From: an uncultured Chloroflexia bacterium
GTDB lineage: Bacteria; Chloroflexota; Anaerolineae; Anaerolineales; UBA4823
DNA: 64,000 nt
Assembly: GCA_963705155.1 (NCBI GenBank)
Contig: CAVPJC010000024.1
Span: forward strand, 47,696-111,695
Direction: 5' to 3'
The notes below the pieces were generated by a model. That model was not told the DNA's origin. It worked only from the letters and a program-made list of their open reading frames with translations, and made no database searches. The position numbers and the translations under genes were made by a program. Shown here one piece after another: positions 1 through 10,058 of this stretch; positions within the stretch are counted from its first letter, which is position 1; each line of letters opens with the position of its first letter.

Positions 1-119
1 CGCACACCCAGGCCAACCGAGCACGATGACGACCATGATGAAACGCCCGAGCACGATCCGACGCCCACAATTTCAGGAACGCCGCAGCCCACCCAGACGC
101 CCACGCAGGAAGATTAACC

Positions 120-1301
120 TCAGCGGGTGTAAGTGCGGCCTTTCCAGCGCACACCGCGCCCCGAGAGAACATTGTAGGCTGAAGTCAGCATCATGCCCGT
201 GAATAATAAGGCCCCCAGCGGCAGGGTCAGCGCATACACTGGCGAAATTTGAAAGGCGCGGCAGGCCTGGATGCGCATGAACAGCAGATACGCCCACAAT
301 ATCACGGCCTGGATGGCGATCAGGCTTGGATAAACCCCGCCGCCTCTGGCGGCCCAGGCCAACCCGCCCACCAGCCAGAATGGCAGCAGCAGGGCGGCCA
401 GCAGTCCCACAACAGCCCCAAAACTGAGCAGCCATAACCGGTCTTGCAGCCCCAGGTAAATATTTTTCGTCCAGCCTTCCCATATTTCAGCGAGGGAGGT
501 GTACATGCGGGTGCTTGCTACCGCGCGGCCATCGGCTACAACCAGTCGCCCGCCCGAGCCTTTGACCAGCTCCGCCAGGGCTTTGTCCTCGTCGATGCGT
601 TCACGCACAGCCCGGTGGCCGCCGGTGCGTTCATACACGAGGCGCTTGATCAGAATGAACTGCCCGTTGGCAATGGCATCCGGCTTGCCCGGGTCGTTCA
701 CCCGGCTGGCAGGGAAGCCAAAGGCAAGCGCGGTGAAGACCAGCGGCAGGATGGTTTTTTCCCAGAAAGACCCCAGCTCCTGGCGGGTGAGGATCGTAAA
801 CAGGTCGGCGTTTGTCTCCAAAGCGGCGGCATACACCGAACTTAGCAGTTGCGGTCCGGCAAAGGTATCGGCATCGATAAAGCACAGCCAGTCACCCCCG
901 GCTGCTTCCACCCCCTGGATAAGGGCGTGCGGTTTGCCAGCCCAGCCGGGGGTCAGGTCGATGCCGTGGATGAGGCGCAATCGTCCGGCTTTGTTTTCCG
1001 GGGAATGCGTCAGCTCGTTGAGCGCCTGGCTGGTCCCGTCGGTAGAGCGGTCATCAATCACGATGATTTCATAGTTCGGGTAGGTCTGCGCCAGCAGCGC
1101 CTGGATGCAGCGTTGAATGTTGCGGACCTCGTTTCGGGCCGGCACGATGACTGAGATCAATGGCAAAGTCGCTGCAGGCGCATTGCGCGGCGCAACAACC
1201 ACATCCATGTGGTGCTGGCTGTGGATCATCCAGGTGATTACAAGGCCCACAATCAGCCCGGCAGTCGACAAGATAAATAGGATTTGCATGCGATCTTCCA
1301 C
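120..1301 (-). CDS. Glycosyltransferase family 2 with membrane-spanning N- and C-terminal regions
   Basis: 393-aa ORF. N-terminal TM helix, GT-A motifs VIVPARNE...YPNYEIIVIDDRSTDGT and FIDADT, hydrophobic C-terminal helices. Confidence 0.8.
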   Translation of the reverse strand: MEDRMQILFILSTAGLIVGLVITWMIHSQHHMDVVVAPRNAPAATLPLISVIVPARNEVRNIQRCIQALLAQTYPNYEIIVIDDRSTDGTSQALNELTHSPENKAGRLRLIHGIDLTPGWAGKPHALIQGVEAAGGDWLCFIDADTFAGPQLLSSVYAAALETNADLFTILTRQELGSFWEKTILPLVFTALAFGFPASRVNDPGKPDAIANGQFILIKRLVYERTGGHRAVRERIDEDKALAELVKGSGGRLVVADGRAVASTRMYTSLAEIWEGWTKNIYLGLQDRLWLLSFGAVVGLLAALLLPFWLVGGLAWAARGGGVYPSLIAIQAVILWAYLLFMRIQACRAFQISPVYALTLPLGALLFTGMMLTSAYNVLSGRGVRWKGRTYTR

Positions 1302-1312
1302 CCTGTGTGTGA

Positions 1313-3952
1313 TCAGAACACTTTAACCAGGCTGCCTTCCGGGCCTTTCTCCACCTCAATGCGATTTGGAAAAGCGTCTTTAAGCTCGTCAATGTGCGTG
1401 ATAACCAGTATTTTGGCAAAATCCCTGCGCACCAGGTTGATGGCTTCCACCAGGCGCTGGCGGCCCTGGGTATCCTGGCTGCCAAATCCCTCATCGATGA
1501 CCAGCGTTTGCAGGCGTGCGCCGGCTCGCTGCGCAAGCACCTCGGATAAAGCCAGCCGGATGGCAAAATTTACCCGAAAGGCCTCGCCCCCTGAATACAT
1601 CTCGTAATCCCGCAGCCCGGCGCCATCGCGGATCTGGATATCCAGCGTTTCTTTTACATCATCACGGCGTTTATCCTTGTACTGCGCCTGTGTGACAAAC
1701 TGCACCGACATATTCCCCCCGCTCAGACGTTCCAGGATCTCATTGGCCTTGCTCTCAATCTGCGGCAGGGCCTGTTCGATCAGCAGAGCGGGTACGCCGT
1801 CTTTGCCAAACGCCTTTTCAAGCTGGCGGTACTGTCCCACCAAACGGGCATGTGTTTCACGGTCAGCATCCAGCAGCTTGCGGCGTTTCTTTAAATCGGC
1901 CAACACCGACACTTTCTGTTGGGCAGCGCCCACCTCCAGGCGCAGGTTGTTTTCCTGCTCCTGGGCAGCCAGCAGATCGCGCTCGGCGAGGCGCAGGTCG
2001 GGAGCCTGGGCTTCAGCCGCAGCCAGGGTGACTGCGGCGCTGTCGTACTCGACCTGCTGCTGGGTCGCCTCAGCCTGCTGGCTGATCAACTGCTTTTCCA
2101 TCTCGGCAAGCTCGCGTTCCAGCGGCGCCAGGGCAGCCTGGGCGCTTTCCAGCTCGCGCAGACCGGCATCCGCCTGGCGGCCCTGTGTTTCCGCTTTACG
2201 GGCGGCATCATGAGCGCCCACATCGTATCCGATGGCGGTCAGCTCAGCATCCACCAGTGCCAGGCTTGCGCGGGCTTCAGCACAGAACGATTCCTGCTCC
2301 AGCAGGGTGGTCACCTGCGTCAGGTCAACCGCCCCTTGCGCCTGCCAGTCTTGAAGCATTTTCCCTCCGGCTTCCAGGCGGGCAGACAGGCGGCTGATCT
2401 TCTCAGTTGTTGCCAGCCGTTCAGTCTCGGCTTTGGATAGCATTCGAATCTGCTCCTCCAACCCGCGCACGATCTCATCGGCCTCGCGCAGCAGGTTCTG
2501 GTTGGCGCGATAGCGGTCACCCATGTCTTTGCCCTGCTGGTTCAGCTCATCAATCAATCGCTCGCGGTCTGCCGGGTTGAGCGGCTGCCCGCACAACGGG
2601 CAGGCGGCGCCTTCAACCGTGACAAGCCGGTTTATGCGCTCCTTCAGCTCCTCCATCTCGGCTTTCAAGCGTGGGTTTTCGGCACGCGCCTCAGCCTGCT
2701 GCTGGCGGGCGGTTTGCAGGGCGCCATCCAGCTCGGCGCGCTGCTCCAGCTGCGCCTGGCTGCTTGCCAGCTCCCGGTTCAGCCCATCGATCTCCGGCTT
2801 CAAGGATTCCATCTCTGCCTGCTGGCTCTGGATGGCTTGATATTGGCGTTCCAGGCTGGTGCGCTCCTGAAGCAGCGCGGCGCGGGCGGCGTTGATCTCT
2901 GCCAGGGGTCCCTGGCGGCTTTTCTCCTGCTCGCGGAAACGGGCGGCAATTTCATCCCAGTAGCCCACATCTTCGCGCGCTTGCAGCCAGGCTTTATAGG
3001 CTGTTTCGATTTCCGGGGCGCGCCCAATCACCTCCCCAAGCTGGACGCATTCTTTTCGCCGGGCAGCAATCCGGTTGCGCAGGTCATCCAGCCGGCGCTG
3101 GGTGGCATCCAGCTGGCGCGCCAGGGTCTCCACCATCTTGCGCTGACCGGCCAGTGTGGCGGCAATTTTGCGGGTGTTTTCCAGGGCCGCTTCCTGAGCA
3201 GCGCGGGATTTCGAGAGCCGGTTCAACTCAGCCTGCAGCGCCTTCAAGTGCTCTTTTCGGGCGGCCTCCTCGTTCAATTCAGCAAGGATCTCGCTCAATT
3301 GGCCATCCAGCATGGCGATCTGGGCTTCATGCGTCTTGCGCTGCCCGGCGGCGTTTTCCCGGTAGACATCCCAGATCTCCAGCCCCAGGATGCTGCCCAG
3401 AATCCGCTTGCGGTCGGTGGGGCGCTGCTGGGTGAACTGATCGGCCTTGCCCTGCAAAAAAAACGAGGCGTTGACAAAAGTGTCATAATCCAATCGCAGG
3501 GTTTCCTCGATGCGTGCCTGTGTTTCACGCAGCGTGCGCTCGGTCAGGGCTTTCCACACGCTGTTCTTGGCAATCCGGTATTCGAAATTTGTTGTCCGCG
3601 GCTCAGGGGTTGAAAGTGAATTTGAATTCTGAAGTTTCGTTCCGTTATTTTGAAGGATATGGAATTCAAGCAGCGTAGTTTTACCGCGTGGCAGAGTGCG
3701 CTGCACTCGGTAGATATTGTTTTCATAGCCAAAAGTGAGAACTACCTCGGCCGCGTTGGACTGGGCGTTGACCAGCGATTCGTCCCGCTTGCGGGCCACA
3801 CCAAACAACACCCAGGTGATGGCATCCAGCAGCGAAGACTTACCCGCGCCGTTATGCCCGGAGATGCAGGCCAGGTCGAACGTGCTGAAATCAATTTGCA
3901 CCGGGGAACGGTACGAGAGAAATCCTTGCAGAGACAGAGAAAGGGGTATCAT
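1313..3952 (-). CDS. sbcC: SbcC/Rad50-type SMC-like ATPase (exonuclease SbcCD subunit C)
   Basis: 879-aa uninterrupted ORF. Walker A GHNGAGKSSLLDAI, long Q/E/A/L-rich coiled coil with CPLCGQ zinc hook, signature YSGGEAFRVNFAIRLAL, Walker B LVIDEGFG. Lies directly downstream of sbcD. Confidence 0.85.
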   Translation of the reverse strand: MIPLSLSLQGFLSYRSPVQIDFSTFDLACISGHNGAGKSSLLDAITWVLFGVARKRDESLVNAQSNAAEVVLTFGYENNIYRVQRTLPRGKTTLLEFHILQNNGTKLQNSNSLSTPEPRTTNFEYRIAKNSVWKALTERTLRETQARIEETLRLDYDTFVNASFFLQGKADQFTQQRPTDRKRILGSILGLEIWDVYRENAAGQRKTHEAQIAMLDGQLSEILAELNEEAARKEHLKALQAELNRLSKSRAAQEAALENTRKIAATLAGQRKMVETLARQLDATQRRLDDLRNRIAARRKECVQLGEVIGRAPEIETAYKAWLQAREDVGYWDEIAARFREQEKSRQGPLAEINAARAALLQERTSLERQYQAIQSQQAEMESLKPEIDGLNRELASSQAQLEQRAELDGALQTARQQQAEARAENPRLKAEMEELKERINRLVTVEGAACPLCGQPLNPADRERLIDELNQQGKDMGDRYRANQNLLREADEIVRGLEEQIRMLSKAETERLATTEKISRLSARLEAGGKMLQDWQAQGAVDLTQVTTLLEQESFCAEARASLALVDAELTAIGYDVGAHDAARKAETQGRQADAGLRELESAQAALAPLERELAEMEKQLISQQAEATQQQVEYDSAAVTLAAAEAQAPDLRLAERDLLAAQEQENNLRLEVGAAQQKVSVLADLKKRRKLLDADRETHARLVGQYRQLEKAFGKDGVPALLIEQALPQIESKANEILERLSGGNMSVQFVTQAQYKDKRRDDVKETLDIQIRDGAGLRDYEMYSGGEAFRVNFAIRLALSEVLAQRAGARLQTLVIDEGFGSQDTQGRQRLVEAINLVRRDFAKILVITHIDELKDAFPNRIEVEKGPEGSLVKVF

Positions 3953-3992
3953 CTTGGTTTTTAGGTGGGCAAATCAGGTTTGGGCTGTGATC

Positions 3993-5222
3993 TCATTGGC
4001 GCGGCAGCTCGATTACCCCGGCAGCCAGTTGCATCAGGACCGGAACGTCATCCGGGCTGGTATGACTGGCGCGCAAGTACAGGTCCAGCAGCTCAAGCGG
4101 GGTCAGGCTGCCCACCGACTGGTCTTCGGGCAGGCGCACGCGCGTCTCCATGCGCGGGCGCTTCACAAGGTGGAACTCAAAAGCCGCCGCAGCCTGTTGG
4201 TAGAGGGGCGCTTCATCGATCTGCGCTTCCCATTCACGCGGGTAATCGATCGTCAGGCGCACGATGGCCCCCTCCAGCTTTTCCACCGGCAGCAGAGCCT
4301 GGCGCAGGCGCTGGTTGATGCCTTCCTGTGATTCCAGATGCACCGTGCGGTCAATAAACGGGCGAACACCTTCCAGCTTGCGCCATTCGACTTGTGTGCT
4401 GCCCTTCTCAATATGGGCAATCACAAAAAATTTATCGTCCTGCACTTCGCCAAAATCCACCCGCTCAATCGAACCGGGATAGATCACTGGCGGGTGGTTG
4501 CCTTTGTTGAGGTCCTGTCCTTTGTGAATGTGTCCCAGGGCGACGTAATCCAGGCGGGGGTCTTTCACCAGCGAACCGGGCAACACCAGATCGCCGCCCA
4601 GCATCACCGTCCGCTCGCCGCCATACACCGCCCCCTGCACCGAGGCATGTGCGGTGAGTATGGTGGGCAGCGCCGGGTCGGCGGCTTCCAGCCAGGCGTG
4701 CACAAGCTGGGTTAAGCGGTCTTCGATTTTATCAAAAACTTCTCCCGGTTCAGCTGCGCTCAGGCTCAAAGACGCCATCAGGCCCGAACGGGAGACCCAC
4801 GGCAGGGCCAATACCTGCACGGGCAGACCTCCCAGGTCTGCAGGCCGCAAGAAGACTGGTTTTTCGAGCACGCGGACGTTGGGCACTTCCAGGGTATCAA
4901 AGGTCTCCAGGGCGTGAGCACGACCCAGAGCCGGGGAAAGATCATGATTGCCCACCAGCAGCAGGGTGGGGACGCCGGCGCGCGAGAGGCGCATGATGCG
5001 CCGCCCCCATTCCCGCTGAAATGTGGGCGCGGGACTGCGGTCCCGGTAGGCATCCCCGGCGAAAATCACCAGATCCACCTTCTCGTTGATCGCCGTATCC
5101 ACAATTTTATCCAGCGATTTGAGAAAATCCAGCACGCGCATGGGCAGCCCGCTGAGCGGGTCATGGCGGCCATAGTTGGTCATGTCGATATGCGCGTCGG
5201 CAAAATGCAGAATGGTGGGCAT
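3993..5222 (-). CDS. sbcD: SbcD/Mre11-type nuclease (exonuclease SbcCD subunit D)
   Basis: 409-aa ORF with calcineurin-like phosphoesterase motifs HFADAHID, GDAYRD, GNHD and GHIH. Adjacent to sbcC. Confidence 0.85.
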   Translation of the reverse strand: MPTILHFADAHIDMTNYGRHDPLSGLPMRVLDFLKSLDKIVDTAINEKVDLVIFAGDAYRDRSPAPTFQREWGRRIMRLSRAGVPTLLLVGNHDLSPALGRAHALETFDTLEVPNVRVLEKPVFLRPADLGGLPVQVLALPWVSRSGLMASLSLSAAEPGEVFDKIEDRLTQLVHAWLEAADPALPTILTAHASVQGAVYGGERTVMLGGDLVLPGSLVKDPRLDYVALGHIHKGQDLNKGNHPPVIYPGSIERVDFGEVQDDKFFVIAHIEKGSTQVEWRKLEGVRPFIDRTVHLESQEGINQRLRQALLPVEKLEGAIVRLTIDYPREWEAQIDEAPLYQQAAAAFEFHLVKRPRMETRVRLPEDQSVGSLTPLELLDLYLRASHTSPDDVPVLMQLAAGVIELPRQ

Positions 5223-5231
5223 GGCTTTCCT

Positions 5232-6536
5232 CTAAGGCTGTATTCCCAGACGCTGGAGCTGTTCCAGGCCAGGGGCAAAATTGGGGTTGAGGCGCACCGA
5301 CTCCAGGTAGTCGTCCACCGCGCCCTGCGTTTCGCCGATGGCTTCTCGCGCCAAACCGCGCCAGTAAAAACTCTCTTCCAGAACCGGCTCAGCGATGGTG
5401 TCGTACAACGTGGTATTCGCCAGATTGATGACGTCCTGGTAGCGTCCGCTGTAGTAATAAGCCCAGTAAGGCCAGGTCTGGTACCACATCATGCGGTAGG
5501 GGCGCATCACGTCTTCAGGCAGGCTGGTGTACAGGTTGGTAAAGGCGTAATCGAAAGCATAGGTGGCGTCGCCGTATTCCTGCAGGTTCACATGGCTGGT
5601 GCCAATATTGAAGTAAGCAAAAAACAGATCCATGCCGCTCAGCGACTGGGCCTCGGCTTTGGCCACATCCAGAGCATGCCGGGTGGCCCAGGCCGGGTCG
5701 GCGTACGGCCCCAGCAGGGCATACACCTCATCGGCGCGCTCCTGCGGGAAGGCCACCAGGAACAGGTAATTGAATGAACGCCAGCCGGTGTTGAAATCGG
5801 CATAGCTGAATTCGTGATCTTTACCGTCTTTGATGTAAGTGTCCTGCACAATCAGAACACCTTTCGTATCATCATAACCGGTGACAAACTGGTAATGCCC
5901 CAGCCAGCCGAGCTTGCCGGTGTAATCATATTCATAATAGCCCTTTTCGGCAACCACCGGGAAACCCCCGGCGATCAGGCGTTTGAGCAGCTCGATATCA
6001 CCACCAAACCTAACCAGCGATTGGATGCCAGCGGCATGGCTGGCGATGAAGTCTTGCATTTCATAGGGCATGATATTCTTGTCTTTATCGTTTGGTTTAA
6101 TGGCTTTGCCTACCACGTCCCGATTTCCCTGCCAGTTCCAGAAAGTCAGCGCCATAGAAAGGTTAGCCGGGCCGCAGTAATTCCAGCGGTTGTGCTGGTC
6201 CTCGGATTTAACGCCCTCCAGGACAACCCGGGAAGGCAACGGTGTGGGTGTGATAGTTGGGGTGGGTGAGGGCAGCGGGGTATCCGTGGGGCCGGGAAGG
6301 GTGGCGGTAGCGCTGGGCGGCGGGAGCGGCGTTTCGGTGGGAGGCTGCGCCGTGGTTGTCACCTGGGGGATGAAAACCGCCTCATCCGGCGGGTTCAAGG
6401 CATATTTGACCCGGGCGCGCAGCTCATCCACGCGCCAGGCCAGCCGGGAGTGCACTGGCGGCAGGTTGTAGGCGGCTATCATTAGCAGCAGCGCAGCCGG
6501 GATGAAAATGGCGAGAAGTAGAATTCGTTTTCGCAT
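5232..6536 (-). CDS. Membrane-anchored C39-like peptidase domain / TPR protein
   Basis: 434 aa. N-terminal TM anchor, Pro/Thr-rich linker, papain-like segment NRWNYCGPANLSMALTFW, C-terminal TPR-like repeats (YWRGLAREAIGETQGAVDDYLESVRLNPNF). Confidence 0.6.
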   Translation of the reverse strand: MRKRILLLAIFIPAALLLMIAAYNLPPVHSRLAWRVDELRARVKYALNPPDEAVFIPQVTTTAQPPTETPLPPPSATATLPGPTDTPLPSPTPTITPTPLPSRVVLEGVKSEDQHNRWNYCGPANLSMALTFWNWQGNRDVVGKAIKPNDKDKNIMPYEMQDFIASHAAGIQSLVRFGGDIELLKRLIAGGFPVVAEKGYYEYDYTGKLGWLGHYQFVTGYDDTKGVLIVQDTYIKDGKDHEFSYADFNTGWRSFNYLFLVAFPQERADEVYALLGPYADPAWATRHALDVAKAEAQSLSGMDLFFAYFNIGTSHVNLQEYGDATYAFDYAFTNLYTSLPEDVMRPYRMMWYQTWPYWAYYYSGRYQDVINLANTTLYDTIAEPVLEESFYWRGLAREAIGETQGAVDDYLESVRLNPNFAPGLEQLQRLGIQP

Positions 6537-6543
6537 GGAATAT

Positions 6544-7869
6544 TCAGGGCAGTGCTATCCCGCGCTGTTGCAGGGCTTCGGCTGCCAGGGTGAAATTCGG
6601 GTTCAGCTCGGCGGCTTTCACCAGGTCTTTCGCGGCGCCCTCGGCATCACCCAGGGCTTCTTTGGCCAGCCCGCGCCAGTACAGGCTCTCTTCCAGGATG
6701 GGCTTGGCCAGATAAGCCAGGGTGTTATTGGCCAGGTCAATCACATCCTGGTAACGACCGCTGTGGTAATAAGCCGTGTAGGCTCCGGTCTGGTACCACA
6801 ACATACGCCATGGGCGGTCTTTTTCGGGGATCTGCGGGTAAATGCCAAAGGCCTGGTCGTAGGCCTGCGCCGCACCCAGGTAATCGCCCAGGGCGGTCAG
6901 GCTGGTTCCCAGGTTATACCAGGCAAAAAACTGGTCGCGGCCCTCCAGGGCGGTGGTTTCATCCAGCGCTTTTTGGGCGGCATAACGCAGGTTTTCCACT
7001 TCGTCGGCTTGCTGCCCCAGGGCGCCAAGCATTTCCGCCAGCCGCTCAGGGGGGTAGATCACCAGGTAGACATAGTTAAAATCGCGCCACCACTTCTCGC
7101 CCAGGTCGGCGTACGGCAGCGGCAGGTCGGCCATGATATAAGCATCCTGGGTGATAAAGCGTCCACGACCGTCATCATAGCCGTTGACCACCTGGTAATG
7201 GCCCATCCAGTCCTCTTTTGCGGGTTGAAAGCCTTTCTCCACGATCACCGGAAAGCCGGCTGCCACCAGGCGTTTGAGCAGATCCACATCACCGCCGTAA
7301 CGCACTACAGCCTGCATGCCGGTGAATTCTGTCACATAGCGCGCCATTTCCTGCGGATCCACGTTCTTGTCATCCACTTCGGCAAAGCGCGGGCGCAGAT
7401 AGGCGCGCGTTTCACGCTGGTCGCCCTGCCAGCCCCAGAAGGAGAGCGCCATCGCCAGTGTAGCCGGGCCGCAGTTGTTCATCTGCTGGTATTCGTGGGT
7501 AATGCCGCTCAATACCACCTTTTCGGGGATGGGTGTGGGGGGTGGAGTGGCGGTTGGGGTTGGCTGCGGGGTATCGGTGGGTCCCGGTTGGGTAGCGGTG
7601 GGGCTGGCTGGAGCGGGTAGTGTGGGCGTGGCAGCGGGGGCCAGGGCTTGCAGTGTGGCAGCCACGATCGCGCTCACCTGGGTTTGCTGCCCCTGCGGCA
7701 CAAATACGGCCTCTTGCGGCGGGTTGATCCAGTAAAAGATCTGCGTGCGCAGATTGGCCACCCGCCAGCCCAGGCGTTCGTGCACCGGGGGCAGGTAATA
7801 CACCACCGCGCCGAGCAGACAGCAGGTTGCCGCCAAAAGGGGGATGAAAAACAGCTTTCGCTTGCGCAT
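6544..7869 (-). CDS. Membrane-anchored C39-like peptidase domain / TPR protein (tandem paralog of 5232-6536)
   Basis: 441 aa with the same architecture as its neighbour: TM anchor, PT linker, QQMNNCGPATLAMALSFW, C-terminal YWRGLAKEALGDAEGAAKDLVKAAELNPNF. Confidence 0.6.
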   Translation of the reverse strand: MRKRKLFFIPLLAATCCLLGAVVYYLPPVHERLGWRVANLRTQIFYWINPPQEAVFVPQGQQTQVSAIVAATLQALAPAATPTLPAPASPTATQPGPTDTPQPTPTATPPPTPIPEKVVLSGITHEYQQMNNCGPATLAMALSFWGWQGDQRETRAYLRPRFAEVDDKNVDPQEMARYVTEFTGMQAVVRYGGDVDLLKRLVAAGFPVIVEKGFQPAKEDWMGHYQVVNGYDDGRGRFITQDAYIMADLPLPYADLGEKWWRDFNYVYLVIYPPERLAEMLGALGQQADEVENLRYAAQKALDETTALEGRDQFFAWYNLGTSLTALGDYLGAAQAYDQAFGIYPQIPEKDRPWRMLWYQTGAYTAYYHSGRYQDVIDLANNTLAYLAKPILEESLYWRGLAKEALGDAEGAAKDLVKAAELNPNFTLAAEALQQRGIALP

Positions 7870-8019
7870 GCGCCGATTATATCACCCATAAACGATAGGC
7901 TTTTTCAATGCCCTCAGAAACGCCGGAGCCGGTTAGCACATGCAGGCGTTTCGTCGCTAAAGGACGGAAGGGTTTCGATAGAAGTGATCTTGTAAAAGCG
8001 CTTCCTCCGGATACCAGCT

Positions 8020-8446
8020 TTAGCTTCTGAAGCGTGCTTTTATCCATGCCAGGAAATCTCCAGGCGTACCCATCGGAAACGGCATGGCCTTCCTGAGCAC
8101 TTCATTATCAAGGAAATGCTTTCGATCCAGGGTAATAAAATAATCTATCCGGCTCTCCCAGGCCGATGCTACAATCAGCGCATCACCGGGGTGATTGACA
8201 AGTTGACCTGCTTTTTGCACCACGACCTCATCCGGCTGCTCGACAATATCTACCCGGCTGCGGTCGAGAATTAAAGCCAAAACCCCCAATACATGAGGTG
8301 CTTTGGCACGGATATTCGTTTCAATCTCTGAAAGTACCTGACGACTGATGTAAAGTTGAATGGCGCCCGCTTCACCGAGCTTAAGAACGCATGCGTGCGC
8401 CCCCTTCGGCAGACCAGATCCCGGCAAATAACGGGCTGGTGTCCAT
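8020..8446 (-). pseudogene. PIN-domain toxin (VapC-like), frame broken once near the 5' end
   Basis: The ATG at 8446 is 7 nt after the antitoxin stop and gives MDTSPLFAGIWSAEGG..., a PIN-type N-terminus with the first acidic residue. The rest of the domain (HACVLKLGEAGAIQLYISRQVLSEIE...) is the tracked ORF 8020-8427 in another frame. The two join if the C5 run at 8400-8404 is one base too long. Confidence 0.55.
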
Positions 8447-8453
8447 AAACACC

Positions 8454-8714
8454 TTAATCCTTGCGGCCATAACGTTCGCGATCCTCACGTAAAGCCGCCA
8501 GCATGCTTTCCAAAGTCTCGCCTTTTTCAACCAGCGCCTGGCTCACACGTTCGGCCAGAGCGTCAATTTCGGAGCGCCGCGGGCTGAGCACGAAGACGCC
8601 GCCAAGATCGAGCAGGGTGAGCTGGTCCCCGTTGTTTAGGTTGTAAGCATCCCGCAGCGCTTTTGGCAGGATAATGACCCCACGCTGCGCCAATTGAACG
8701 CTAATCGTATCCAT
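8454..8714 (-). CDS. AbrB/SpoVT-type antitoxin
   Basis: 86 aa. MDTISVQLAQRGVIILPKALRDAYNLNNGDQLTLL matches the SpoVT/AbrB swapped-hairpin pattern. Lies immediately upstream of the PIN gene. Confidence 0.75.
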   Translation of the reverse strand: MDTISVQLAQRGVIILPKALRDAYNLNNGDQLTLLDLGGVFVLSPRRSEIDALAERVSQALVEKGETLESMLAALREDRERYGRKD

Positions 8715-8824
8715 ATCGATCTCTCCTGATATACCGAATTTCGTCTTTTCAGTGTATCAGTAAAGTTGATTTATGTAAAGTTTTTTGATCTTCCTGACCG
8801 GGATGTGGTATCTGCTTTATCCAA

Positions 8825-9298
8825 TCATCTGTCTGCCAGCAAGTAGACAAAATTTGCCATGCCGAGGCGCTCTTCCCAACCGTTCTTTTCGTAGAAACCG
8901 CGCTGGTAGGATTCTCTGTGCCTGCCGTTGAGCAGCGAGAGGCGGAAGCAGCCCCGCTCGGTCGCCTCTCCTTTCACCTTTTCAAGCAAGCGCCTCCCCA
9001 ACCCCTGGCCGCGGGCAGCTTCCTGCAGGAACAGCTCGGAGATGTAGCCCTCCGGGCCGGGCATAAACAGGTAGGGCAGCCAGTGCACGGCGATATACCC
9101 GCCCAGGGTTCCGGCTTCGTCTTCAGCCACATACACCGAGTGGCTGCTGTCTGCCAGGCACAGGCGCAGGTGGCGGTAAACCCGGTCGGTGGTTGCTTCG
9201 GCGGGCTCCGAGGTCATATGCGTAAACCACGCCATCTCGCGCAGCAGTGCGGAAATGGATGCGGCGTCGTTCAGCTGGGCCAGACGGATGGTGTACAT
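8825..9298 (-). CDS. GNAT family N-acetyltransferase
   Basis: 157 aa. Acetyl-CoA binding motif LFLQEAARGQGLGRRLLEKV and typical GNAT length. Confidence 0.8.
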   Translation of the reverse strand: MYTIRLAQLNDAASISALLREMAWFTHMTSEPAEATTDRVYRHLRLCLADSSHSVYVAEDEAGTLGGYIAVHWLPYLFMPGPEGYISELFLQEAARGQGLGRRLLEKVKGEATERGCFRLSLLNGRHRESYQRGFYEKNGWEERLGMANFVYLLADR

Positions 9299-9345
9299 CG
9301 TGATTGCCTCCCCAAGTTCATTTCAAACAACAAGGAATCCCGCGT

Positions 9346-10050
9346 TTAAATCTCAAATGGAGCCGGGTGACCGGCAAAGATGCGTTCCAGGATGAGCGTT
9401 TCACGATCGTGAATGGTGCCAACAAAATGTTTTACATCCTTCATCGGCCTGGCGGCAGCATAACCCCTCTCCAGAAAGTCAACCACCTCAAACCAGCCGG
9501 CGTTTTGCGCCGGGCCGCGCACCAATTTTAAGGTGACCCCCACACCGGGGAATTTTGCCCCCTCGCACACCTCGCCAAGGATCTCTGCCAGCAGCTCAAT
9601 CTGGTATTTGCGCTCGGTAAAGTTATCGCAGATACGGTACCCCGCCGCGTACAGCTCGGGCGTGATCGTATCGGTTACGCCGAGTTGATCCATCAGGGCA
9701 TGCGCCAGATCGATATCCAGGCGGCTGGTCAGCTCGTTGATCTGGATGGTGCGCGCCAACAGCCGCAGCATTATCTCAGGAAGAAAACGCGAGAGCAAGT
9801 CATGCAGTTGCACTGCATCGTTGTCACGCTGGCTGAAATCACGCGGGCCGTAGATATCGCTCAGGAAAAACTGGCAAGCCGGGGCAAAGCGGGGATCCGC
9901 CAGCAGGTCGGTGTAGGTGCGCGCCAGGCGCTGCGCCTGCCAGAGGCGCAGCAGGATGAGATTGGGTTCCAGCGGGCGTTCTTCAACCGTCTGCCGCTGG
10001 GCATCCTGGTGATGCTGCAATTCGTGCAGGATTTTGAGAAAATTGGGCAT
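9346..10050 (-). CDS. Conserved hypothetical protein
   Basis: 234-aa clean ORF with no catalytic motif recognised. The segment FFLSDIYGPRDFSQRD recalls, from memory only, the 'FFLEELY motif' protein family. Confidence 0.5.
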   Translation of the reverse strand: MPNFLKILHELQHHQDAQRQTVEERPLEPNLILLRLWQAQRLARTYTDLLADPRFAPACQFFLSDIYGPRDFSQRDNDAVQLHDLLSRFLPEIMLRLLARTIQINELTSRLDIDLAHALMDQLGVTDTITPELYAAGYRICDNFTERKYQIELLAEILGEVCEGAKFPGVGVTLKLVRGPAQNAGWFEVVDFLERGYAAARPMKDVKHFVGTIHDRETLILERIFAGHPAPFEI

Positions 10051-10058
10051 GCGATGCG

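Noticed and set aside
73-483. 136-aa minus-strand ORF and other small ORFs overlapping the 3' end of the GT2 gene
   Set aside because: They overlap the GT2 coding frame, are Arg/Gly-rich, and have no RBS or motif.
1313-1315. Idea that TGA is reassigned genome-wide (to explain the several in-frame TGAs)
   Set aside because: Well-conserved core genes such as sbcC terminate at TGA exactly where homologs end (...LVKVF*), and the DUF456/ybaK pair uses an overlapping ATGA junction. TGA is therefore a normal stop here. Only the CxxC-position TGA has a specific recoding rationale.
2714-3613. 299-aa plus-strand ORF and several 60-180-aa ORFs on both strands within 1313-3952
   Set aside because: They are shadow ORFs inside or antisense to sbcC, whose single 879-aa frame carries all the SMC/Rad50 motifs.
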